64,000 bases of DNA from Bacteroidales bacterium (GTDB lineage Bacteria > Bacteroidota > Bacteroidia > Bacteroidales > UBA12077): positions 5,531-69,530 of the forward strand of contig JAUWQL010000001.1 of NCBI GenBank assembly GCA_030611105.1, given 5' to 3'. Positions 10,634-18,863 of this stretch are shown here, one piece after another; positions within the stretch are counted from its first letter, which is position 1, and each line of letters starts with the position of its first letter. The notes beneath the pieces were generated by a model. The model saw only the letters and a program-made list of their open reading frames with translations, was not told the origin of the DNA and made no database searches. Both the position numbers and the translations under genes were made by a program.

Positions 10634-10793
10634 ATGATGGAAGTATGGATTTATGGAATACTGGAACTAAACGAAGCGATCTCATGTTAGTAATGATGAG
10701 TGTTGTGTTTTATTAGGTTAGTTATTCTTGGGTTCAAAGTATTTTATTAAATTCCAGTTTTTCATATTTCCATTATTACAACATTCCATTCAT
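10634..10793. repeat. GGAAT-rich imperfect hairpin element (copy R, inverted relative to copy L)
   Basis: The 5' arm ATGATGGAAGTATGGATTTATGGAATACTGGAA and 3' arm TTCCATTATTACAACATTCCATTCAT correspond to the reverse complements of the copy-L arms. Confidence 0.5.
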
Positions 10794-10947
10794 TAATAAA
10801 TTACTAAAACTTTCAAATTTTAAATCGTAAATTCATTAATATAAACTTTGTCAGGATAAAATGAAAGTTTTCAGTTGTTTAGTAATTAAAAAGCTCTAGT
10901 TTTGTGAAAAATTAACAAGGTTTAAGAATTTTATTGATTAAAGTGTT

Positions 10948-11406
10948 ATGATTCAGAGAATTCAATCGATATATTTGTTAGTTGCTACGTTTTTATTAGG
11001 ATCAATTTTTTTTCATCCTGTTGCAGAACTTCTTGGAGCTGATGGGCAGTTGTTTATATTTAAGTATGATGGACTTGCGATTGAAAATGAGGATGGATTA
11101 TACTTATTAACTATTCCACGAATTATTTTATTGGTAATTATAGTTTTAATATCATTTATAAGTGTTTTTCTATTTAAAAAGCGCATAATCCAAATGCGTT
11201 TTAATTTGTTTAATATTATTTTAATGATAGGATACTTAGGATTGAATTATTATTATATTCAAAATTTCTCGAAACAATTAAATGGTATTGTTAGTTATGA
11301 GATAATATCTATTTTCCCGTTTGTAGCAGCAGTATTGACTTATTTAGCTATAAGAGCAATAGGAAAAGATGAAGCGTTAATCAGGAGTATGGATAGAATA
11401 CGATAG
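10948..11406 (+). CDS. DUF4293-like small multi-pass membrane protein
   Basis: 152 aa with an MIQRIQSIYLL start and four hydrophobic segments. Family assignment is from memory. Confidence 0.55.
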   Translation: MIQRIQSIYLLVATFLLGSIFFHPVAELLGADGQLFIFKYDGLAIENEDGLYLLTIPRIILLVIIVLISFISVFLFKKRIIQMRFNLFNIILMIGYLGLNYYYIQNFSKQLNGIVSYEIISIFPFVAAVLTYLAIRAIGKDEALIRSMDRIR

Positions 11407-11551
11407 TTTCACAGTACAACAGGTATTCTTGCCTGTTGCTAATATCTCATCAAACAGGAATGTCTGATGTCCTTTTCTGAGATGAAAATCCAAAAACAAT
11501 CTATAATAAGCCAGTCAGAGTTTTAATATTTGATTGGTCTTTTTAATTAGG

Positions 11552-11584
11552 AGACCTAACAGGTTTTTAAAACCTGTTAGGTCT
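11552..11584. repeat. REP-like hairpin / bidirectional terminator between convergent genes
   Basis: AGACCTAACAGG-TTTTTAAAA-CCTGTTAGGTCT: perfect 12-bp stem. It shares the AGACCT...AGGTCT termini and A/T loop with the RAYT-flanking hairpins. Confidence 0.5.
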
Positions 11585-11604
11585 GGAATAAATAAATAAA
11601 ATAC

Positions 11605-12066
11605 TTAAAAAATCTTCATATGCTCTGAGTCGGTGATCTTTTCGCAATAATGACATTTTATGGCCACCTTCTTTTTATTTACTACAGTAAATTTAGGTAC
11701 AATACCTTCGTGATTTGTAATACATTTCGGATTACCACATTTCGCAATTCCTTTAATATTATCAGGAACTTCAACTACTTTCTTTTCAACTACTTTGTAA
11801 TTTTTAATTATATTAAGTTTGGCTTCGGGAGCTACTAAAGCTATTTTATTAATATCGTCATCTATAAAAAATACATCAGTTATTTTAATAATTGCTTTTA
11901 AACCAAGTTTCTTACTTTCAAAGTTAGACCCAACAGTCATTTGGGTTTCAATCTTATCTAATCCAAGTATATTTATAACTTTAAAAAGGCTACTTGCAGG
12001 AATATGGTCGATTACCGTACCGTTTTTTATTGCACTTACCTGTAATTTTTTATCGTTCATTTCCAT
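11605..12066 (-). CDS. pyrI: aspartate carbamoyltransferase regulatory subunit
   Basis: 153 aa; C-terminal zinc domain CGNPKCIT...CHYCE, immediately downstream of pyrB. Confidence 0.9.
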   Translation of the reverse strand: MEMNDKKLQVSAIKNGTVIDHIPASSLFKVINILGLDKIETQMTVGSNFESKKLGLKAIIKITDVFFIDDDINKIALVAPEAKLNIIKNYKVVEKKVVEVPDNIKGIAKCGNPKCITNHEGIVPKFTVVNKKKVAIKCHYCEKITDSEHMKIF

Positions 12067-12072
12067 GATTTA

Positions 12073-12984
12073 TTATTTTTTAAGTCCTAAAATATGAGTG
12101 ATAATAGCCTGACGAGTATAAACACCATTTAATGCTTGTGTAAAGTAATATGCTTTCTCATTTTCATCCACGTTAGTATGAATCTCATTTACTCTTGGTA
12201 ATGGATGCAAAACCTTCATGTTTGGTTTTGTATTTTCAAGCATATTGTTCTTTAGAACATAAGAGTTTTTAGTTTTCTCATATTCCATAGGGTCAGAGAA
12301 TCTTTCTCTCTGTATACGAGTCATATAAATAATATCTGCATGAGAGATTATATCAGAGAAATCTCTGTGCTCGTAATACTTTAATCCTTTTTTATCCAAA
12401 AATAACTTGTATTCATCCGGGATTTTTAACTCTTCCGGTGAAATAAAATTGAAAGTAGTATTAAACATCGACATTGCCTGGAGCAGAGAGTGTACTGTTC
12501 TACCATATTTTAAATCACCAACAAAATATACATTCAGATTATCAAGTGTTCCCTGAGTTTTTCTGATTGAATATAAATCCAATAGTGTTTGTGTTGGATG
12601 TTGATTTGCACCATCACCGGCATTTACAATTGGCACACGCGATACTTCACTTGCCCAGCGTGCACTTCCCTCAATCGGGTGACGCATAATAATCATGTCG
12701 CTGTAATTCGCAACTGTCATGATAGTGTCTTTTAGCGATTCTCCTTTAGAAACACTTGATGAGCTGGAGTCAGTAAATCCAATGAATTTTCCTCCAAGAC
12801 GGCTAATTGCACTCTCGAAACTTAAACGTGTACGAGTTGAAGGTTCGAAAAATAATGTTGCAATTACCTTATTATCCAAAAGGTTTTGATTTGGATTTTT
12901 TTCGAAATCAGCTGCAAGATCAAGGATTTTAAAGATCTCTTCTTTCGAATAATCTGTGATTGAAACTAAATGATTGTTTTCCAT
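12073..12984 (-). CDS. pyrB: aspartate carbamoyltransferase catalytic subunit
   Basis: STRTR carbamoyl-phosphate motif, HPTQ, and the HPLPR motif. Confidence 0.92.
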   Translation of the reverse strand: MENNHLVSITDYSKEEIFKILDLAADFEKNPNQNLLDNKVIATLFFEPSTRTRLSFESAISRLGGKFIGFTDSSSSSVSKGESLKDTIMTVANYSDMIIMRHPIEGSARWASEVSRVPIVNAGDGANQHPTQTLLDLYSIRKTQGTLDNLNVYFVGDLKYGRTVHSLLQAMSMFNTTFNFISPEELKIPDEYKLFLDKKGLKYYEHRDFSDIISHADIIYMTRIQRERFSDPMEYEKTKNSYVLKNNMLENTKPNMKVLHPLPRVNEIHTNVDENEKAYYFTQALNGVYTRQAIITHILGLKK

Positions 12985-13084
12985 TAATCCGAGTTTTATT
13001 AGTTGTACTTAATTTAAATTTTATCTTTTTATACTTTCTTGTGATATTAATCCATATTTTCCTTTTTTAATTTTTATGATTATT

Positions 13085-13130
13085 GTTTCAGATTTCAGAT
13101 TTCAAACCTATAAACTGAAACTTGAAACTC
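13085..13130. repeat. periodic-arm hairpin (TTTCAGA / TTGAAAC type)
   Basis: GTTTCAGATTTCAGATTTCAAACC ... ACTGAAACTTGAAACTC. The same style recurs at 44252-44298, and a half copy lies at 57683-57713. Confidence 0.5.
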
Positions 13131-13748
13131 TCATCTTGTCTCTTTAAATTCAATTTTCAAATTTTCTATCCTGTCAAACTTGCTAAAAACCTTTTCCGTG
13201 TCTGCTTTTCGTAAACTAATTGAAACGGAGCAGGAGAGATCAAATTTCTGATCTACTTGTTCAATATTTTCTTCTTTTAAGATTCGCATAATATCGTTCA
13301 TGGCAGGATATTCAAACTTTAATTCATAAATATCGTGCAATGTTTTTTTAATGATTTTGGCACTTTTTAATGCTTCTTCTGATGCTGTTTTGTATGCATT
13401 GATTAATCCGCCAACACCTAGTTTAGTGCCACCAAAATAGCGTATTACAACAATTAGTATGTTGGTTAAATTAAAAGATTTTATTTGCCCTAAAATTGGT
13501 TTTCCTGCTGTGCTCGAAGGTTCTCCGTCATCATTTATACGGTAAATTTCTTTTTTGAGCCCAAGCATGTATGCATAACAGTGATGGCGAGCATCGTGAT
13601 AATCACTACGCAGTTTTTCCTGTATTCCCTTAATCTCTTCTTCTGATGATACAGGATAAGCAAAGGCAAGAAATTTACTCCCGCGGTCTTTAAATAAACC
13701 TTCTGATGGTTTACTTATTGTCAAATACTCATCTATAAATTCTGCCAT
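13131..13748 (-). CDS. YigZ / IMPACT family protein
   Basis: 205 aa; HHCYAY and GEPSSTAG motifs typical of the IMPACT N-terminal domain. Confidence 0.8.
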   Translation of the reverse strand: MAEFIDEYLTISKPSEGLFKDRGSKFLAFAYPVSSEEEIKGIQEKLRSDYHDARHHCYAYMLGLKKEIYRINDDGEPSSTAGKPILGQIKSFNLTNILIVVIRYFGGTKLGVGGLINAYKTASEEALKSAKIIKKTLHDIYELKFEYPAMNDIMRILKEENIEQVDQKFDLSCSVSISLRKADTEKVFSKFDRIENLKIEFKETR

Positions 13749-14630
13749 TTACGTTTTCGATAAAATATAGATTGCAATTAATGATATTATTATTCCTACC
13801 CAGTTAATTTTCAGAAATTTTTCTTTAAATACAATTAATCCAATAATAACAGATAAAGCAATTACACCCAAATTGTTAATTCCAAAAACAATAGAACCAT
13901 CCAATGTGCCTCCTAAACTATTTTTATGATTTAAAGCTTTAATCAGAAAGTATATTGAACCGTAATTACTTATTCCTAATCCAATTCCCCACAATAAAAT
14001 CTTTATATCTAATAATTCCTTAAATGATGTTTTTCGTAAAAACTTTGTAACTAATCCTGATATTGCAGACATTGCAAATAGAATAACCGTAAACAATGGT
14101 AATATATCATCTGCAACATAATAATGTTGTGCATATTTAACTATGGAATCTACAAGTCCCATACTTAAAAACAGGATAATAGGTAAATAAATATTTCTTG
14201 GATCGAATTCTACTTTACGTTTACGATATACAGAAAGGAATACTGCCAGTATTGCCATAATAATTCCAATTGCCTTAAGATTGGTTAAAACATCTAAGGG
14301 ATCAATAATAATTGAAACTGCAATAGGAATTATAACCGACATTTTATTTGAAACCGAAGTAATTGCAATTCCAACAATTTGCGATGATTTGGCAATAAGC
14401 ACAAACGTCATGATAAATAAAACTCCGATAATTATAGAGTAGGGGAACCATGCATTTTTGTAGATTGAGAAAATATCAACTTGGGTATTTGTAAGTAATA
14501 ATCCTAAAATAGTCGCAGTAACATAATTAATAATGATAACATTGAAAGTGTTGATTTTAAATCTGTCAAGGTATTTGAAGATTATATAAATCGCGGCTGA
14601 TGAAAGAATACTAAATACTAGAAAAATCAT
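13749..14630 (-). CDS. DMT/EamA-like 10-TM transporter
   Basis: 293 aa, about ten hydrophobic helices. Substrate unknown. Confidence 0.55.
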   Translation of the reverse strand: MIFLVFSILSSAAIYIIFKYLDRFKINTFNVIIINYVTATILGLLLTNTQVDIFSIYKNAWFPYSIIIGVLFIMTFVLIAKSSQIVGIAITSVSNKMSVIIPIAVSIIIDPLDVLTNLKAIGIIMAILAVFLSVYRKRKVEFDPRNIYLPIILFLSMGLVDSIVKYAQHYYVADDILPLFTVILFAMSAISGLVTKFLRKTSFKELLDIKILLWGIGLGISNYGSIYFLIKALNHKNSLGGTLDGSIVFGINNLGVIALSVIIGLIVFKEKFLKINWVGIIISLIAIYILSKT

Positions 14631-14649
14631 AATCGTTCACTATTGCACA

Positions 14650-14684
14650 AAAAAAACAGGTTTCTAAAAAGAAACCTGTTTTTC
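14650..14684 (-). terminator. bidirectional hairpin terminator downstream of xdhC
   Basis: AAACAGGTTTC-TAAAAA-GAAACCTGTTT flanked by an A-run and a T-run. Confidence 0.6.
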
Positions 14685-14841
14685 GGGGTCAATTGACCCT
14701 AATATTTTGTTCTGCTGACTTTATTTTGTCTTTAAATATTTTTATCACGGTTATTTAAATATCAAAACTCATATTCTGAGCAAATGTACATAAAACTTAA
14801 AAACAAAAAATAGAAAACATAAAATTCTATTAACACACTTA

Positions 14842-15792
14842 TCAACAATTCTTAACCTGAATAATTTTAGCAGCAATACTAATGGCTATTTCCGCTGTTG
14901 TTTTACTGTTTATGGATAAGCCGATTGGTGCATCTACTTTAGCCAGATCCGCTTCCTTTACACCTTCTTTTATCAGGTTTTCGTAGATGGTTTTTATTTT
15001 GGTTTTACTACCGATCATTCCAAGGTATTTTAAATTTTTTGAAACTAATTGTTTTAAAACAATTGTATCACTCTTATGTGCAACAGTCATTATTACTGCA
15101 AAGCTATGCTCGTCATCAGGTACAATATCTGTTATGTTTTTATAATCAACAATTCGTTTTTGATGAGCGTACACATTATTATCGAAGGTTGACAGGTCTT
15201 TTCTGTCATCAAGAACAACAACTTTAAAATCAAGAACTCTAAGAATCTGACTTAACGGTAAACTAACATGCCCGGCACCAAAAATGTAAACGGTATCTTT
15301 TAAACCTAATTGCTCTGTGTATTCCCAGTTGTTTTCATCATTAATCCGGTAATTAATTTCATCCGGTAAAGTTTTATTCTCGTCAAAAGATATTCCATCC
15401 TGATTTAAACTTAATACACCGTTTTCTCCAATGTCAAGTTTTACTAAAATCCGGTTAATGATATCAATTTTTGATTTATCCAAAGGAATGAAAGCATGTG
15501 TTTGTTCTCCTGAACATATTAAACCCGATTTATCTTTTTCAGCATTAGTATCATGAACTTGTCTTTTAACAAATGCCTTTAGATTTCCGTTTTTAGCTTC
15601 TTTTTTAGCCAGTTCAACCATGTTGTATTCCATTACACCACCACCAATAGAACCTGTCATAGCACCGGTTTCCGAAACTGCCATTTTAAATCCGACAATG
15701 CCGGGACTACTTCCGGTTCGCTCAACAACAGTAATAAGCATCACATTATTATTTTCCGATAATTCTTCTTGAATAAAACTCCAGATTTCCAT
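14842..15792 (-). CDS. xdhC: XdhC/CoxI family molybdenum-hydroxylase maturation protein
   Basis: 316 aa; the N-terminal XdhC_CoxI-like segment (VVERTGSSPG) and a Rossmann-like IFGAGHVS segment match the two-domain XdhC architecture. Confidence 0.8.
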   Translation of the reverse strand: MEIWSFIQEELSENNNVMLITVVERTGSSPGIVGFKMAVSETGAMTGSIGGGVMEYNMVELAKKEAKNGNLKAFVKRQVHDTNAEKDKSGLICSGEQTHAFIPLDKSKIDIINRILVKLDIGENGVLSLNQDGISFDENKTLPDEINYRINDENNWEYTEQLGLKDTVYIFGAGHVSLPLSQILRVLDFKVVVLDDRKDLSTFDNNVYAHQKRIVDYKNITDIVPDDEHSFAVIMTVAHKSDTIVLKQLVSKNLKYLGMIGSKTKIKTIYENLIKEGVKEADLAKVDAPIGLSINSKTTAEIAISIAAKIIQVKNC

Positions 15793-16074
15793 ACTTTATC
15801 TATTTTAATTGATTTGTAAAGTTATTTAAAAATGAACTAAAATGACTAAAATATCAAAAATATCAAAAAATATCGACTAAAATCAATCTGCTAAAATGTG
15901 AATTATAATATTTGCTGTAATGATAGTTTAATGTAGAATAAAATCCTTATAATAAATTAAAAGATGTTGAAATATTCCATTTTTATTGATTGGCTCTGTA
16001 AATATATCCTGTGATATTAAAAAAATAAATAAAAAACATAACTTTAGCAATTGAATAATTAGAACGAAAATAGA

Positions 16075-17262
16075 ATGGAAAATATCTTTCAAAAAATTAA
16101 TGAATTATCAGAAAAGTATCGTGATTATACTGCAGAAAACTTATCAAAATTAGTACAAATCAAATCACTCAGTTTAGGTGAAGAAGAAGTTCAACTGGAA
16201 CTTAAAAGGCAAATGGAAGAAGCCGGTTTTGACGAAGTTAGAATTGATGGTTTAGGGAATGTAATTGGCAGAATTGGAAACGGAAAGAAAATTCTTGCAA
16301 TCGATGGACATATGGACACTGTTGATATGGGTAATATGGATAACTGGGATTTTAATCCTCTTGGTGGCGAAATAAAAGATGGTTTTGTTCATGGTCGTGG
16401 AACTGTTGATCAGGAAGGCGGACCAGCGGCATTTGTTACTACGGGTAGAATTTTGAAGGAATTAGGTTTCGATAAAGATCTTACTATATATTTTGTAGGA
16501 AGTGTAATAGAAGAAGATTGTGATGGTTTATGCTGGAAATATATTGTTGAAGAAGATAAAATTAAACCTGATTTTGTAATAAGCACAGAGCCAACAAATT
16601 TAAATATATACCGTGGTCATCGTGGACGTATGGAGATGCATGTTCATTTTTATGGTGTGTCATCGCATGGTTCAGCTCCTGAGCGGGGGAAAAATGCTAT
16701 TTATATGGCTTCGAAAACAGCTTTGGAAATTGAAAAACTACACGAAAGATTAAAGTTTGATGAGTTTCTTGGCAAAGGAAGCATAACAATTTCTGAGATT
16801 ATTTCCGGAAGTCCTTCTTTATGTGCAGTTTCTGATTATGCTCGTATTCACCTTGATCGCCGCTTAACATGGGGAGAAACCAAAGAATCAGCTGTTGCAG
16901 AAATAGAAGAACTAATTAAAGGAATGAACGCAAAGGTCGAAGTGCTGAATTATCTGGAAAAAGCATATACAGGACTGGAATATGGTATGGAGAAATATTA
17001 TCCAACATGGAAAATGCCTGAAGATCATGAAATTGTTCAAACTGGCGTTCGTTCATTCAAAAACTTGTTTAATAAGGATGTTAACATTGATAAATGGACA
17101 TTCTCAACCAATGGTATTATGACCAATGGAGTTTACGGTATTCCAACTATTGGATTTGGTCCGGGAAATGAAGTGCTGGCACATGCTCCAAATGAGAAAG
17201 TTGCTATTGATGATTTAGTTATAGCATCGGCATTTTACGCTGCTTTTGCTTATGAAATATAA
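16075..17262 (+). CDS. ygeY: YgeY-family M20 peptidase/deacylase (selenium-metabolism-linked hydrolase family)
   Basis: 395 aa; M20 metal ligands (GHMDTV, DQEGG, EEDCDG) plus the YgeW/HyuA/SsnA gene context. Confidence 0.82.
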   Translation: MENIFQKINELSEKYRDYTAENLSKLVQIKSLSLGEEEVQLELKRQMEEAGFDEVRIDGLGNVIGRIGNGKKILAIDGHMDTVDMGNMDNWDFNPLGGEIKDGFVHGRGTVDQEGGPAAFVTTGRILKELGFDKDLTIYFVGSVIEEDCDGLCWKYIVEEDKIKPDFVISTEPTNLNIYRGHRGRMEMHVHFYGVSSHGSAPERGKNAIYMASKTALEIEKLHERLKFDEFLGKGSITISEIISGSPSLCAVSDYARIHLDRRLTWGETKESAVAEIEELIKGMNAKVEVLNYLEKAYTGLEYGMEKYYPTWKMPEDHEIVQTGVRSFKNLFNKDVNIDKWTFSTNGIMTNGVYGIPTIGFGPGNEVLAHAPNEKVAIDDLVIASAFYAAFAYEI

Positions 17263-17269
17263 ATTTAAA

Positions 17270-17361
17270 TTTAGTGTAATTTAGTGTTTTTGAGTTTTAG
17301 TGGCAGATTGTTATAAAAATATTGCCACGAAGTCACCAAAACACAAAAAATCACAAAAATC
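17270..17361. repeat. long imperfect hairpin between ygeY and ygeW
   Basis: Arms TTTAGTGTAATTTAGTGTTTTTGAGTTTTAGTGGCA and TGCCACGAAGTCACCAAAACACAAAAAATCACAAAAATC. Pairing is partial: TGGCA/TGCCA and GTGTTTTT/CAAAACAC. Confidence 0.4.
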
Positions 17362-17398
17362 AATAGCAATTAGAGATAAAAATTGAAAATATAATATT

Positions 17399-18586
17399 AT
17401 GAGTTTGCAAGATAAAATAAATAAGTTAGGTCAGCTGAAAACTGATCTTTATAAAAAAGATTTTTTACTTACCTGGGAAAAAAGTCGGGATGATTTAAAA
17501 GGGATCTTAGAAGTTGCAGAAATCCTAAAGGAAATGCGTGATAATAATATTTCTCCATCAGTTTTTGATTCTGGTTTATCTATATCAAATTTCCGTGATA
17601 ATTCAACACGTACACGTTTTTCTTTTGCATCGGCTAGTAATCTTTTGGGTTGTGCTGTTCAGGATTTAGATGAAGAAAAATCACAAATAGCTCATGGCGA
17701 GACAGTTCGCGAGACTGCAAATATGATTTCATTCCTTTCCGATTTTATAGGGATACGTGATGATATGTATTTGGGCGAAGGAAATAAATACATGCGTGAA
17801 GTTGGAGATGCACTTGATGAAGGATTTGCAAATGGAGTTTTACCAAATCGCCCGGGTATTGTGAATTTACAATGCGATATGGATCACCCAACACAATCGA
17901 TGGCTGATTTAATGCATTTGCAGCAGCAGTTTGGTTCATTAGAAAATCTGAAAGGTAAAAAGATTGTTATGAGTTGGGCTTATTCGCCTAGTTACGGAAA
18001 ACCATTATCAGTACCACAAGGTATTATTGGATTAATGTCGCGTTACGGAATGGATATTGAATTAGCTTATCCTGAAGGATATGGATTAATTCCTGAGATT
18101 GTTGAAATTGCTAAAAAGAATTCAGAAAAAAGTGGTGGATCATTCAAAATAAGTCATTCAATGGAAGAGGCAGTTAAAGATGCTGATATTGTTTATCCAA
18201 AAAGTTGGGCACCATTCCACATTATGCAACAAAGAACAGAATTGCTTAAGAATTCTGATTCGGAAGGTTTAAAGGCGCTGGAACAAATTTGTTTAGCTAA
18301 CAATGCTAAGTTTAAGGATTGGGAATACAACGAAGAAAAAAAGAAATTAACTAAAAATCAGGATGCTTTGTATATGCACTGTTTACCAGCAGATATTTCC
18401 GGGATTTCGTGTAAAGAAGGTGAAGTAAATGGAGATGTTTTCGAACAATATCGCATCAAAACGTACCTGGAAGCAGGCTTCAAACCATACATTATTGCTG
18501 CAATGATGTTTACAAATAAGTTCAAAAACCCATCCGAAGTGTTAGATAATATCCTTAAAAGGGATAGAAGGAGAGTAGGTTTTTAA
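17399..18586 (+). CDS. ygeW: knotted carbamoyltransferase YgeW family
   Basis: 395 aa; STRTR carbamoyl-phosphate motif, HPTQ and HCLP motifs, and the extended length characteristic of YgeW rather than ArgF or PyrB. Confidence 0.85.
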   Translation: MSLQDKINKLGQLKTDLYKKDFLLTWEKSRDDLKGILEVAEILKEMRDNNISPSVFDSGLSISNFRDNSTRTRFSFASASNLLGCAVQDLDEEKSQIAHGETVRETANMISFLSDFIGIRDDMYLGEGNKYMREVGDALDEGFANGVLPNRPGIVNLQCDMDHPTQSMADLMHLQQQFGSLENLKGKKIVMSWAYSPSYGKPLSVPQGIIGLMSRYGMDIELAYPEGYGLIPEIVEIAKKNSEKSGGSFKISHSMEEAVKDADIVYPKSWAPFHIMQQRTELLKNSDSEGLKALEQICLANNAKFKDWEYNEEKKKLTKNQDALYMHCLPADISGISCKEGEVNGDVFEQYRIKTYLEAGFKPYIIAAMMFTNKFKNPSEVLDNILKRDRRRVGF

Positions 18587-18687
18587 CCTACTCTTTTTTT
18601 GTAAAAACACAGTAAATGACTTGATTGTTTCAAGGTACAACCAATAAAGATTCTTGTTTAAATTTGAAATATTACTGTAAATTAGTA

Positions 18688-18842
18688 TGTCATTCTGAGT
18701 GAAATGAATAACATGGGAATATAGAGATCCCCAATCAAGTTGAAAAAAAACAATAAACCAAGTCATTCCTGCGCAGGCAGGAATCTCTTTCTTAATAATG
18801 CGCACAAATTTGATCAGATTCTTCGTTTCACTCAGAATGACA
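18688..18842. repeat. MITE-like element with 17-bp perfect terminal inverted repeats
   Basis: TGTCATTCTGAGTGAAA at 18688-18704 pairs with TTTCACTCAGAATGACA at 18826-18842. It encloses the nested hairpin ATTCCTGC-GCAG-GCAGGAAT at 18765-18784. Confidence 0.6.
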
Positions 18843-18863
18843 ATATGAAAGGGCTTTGAATAT

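Noticed and set aside
18542-18805. 87-aa ORF (…IPACAGMTWF…).
   Set aside because: It runs through the MITE-like hairpin repeat. The peptide is the characteristic translation of the GTCATTCCTGCGCAGGCAGGAAT repeat, not a gene.
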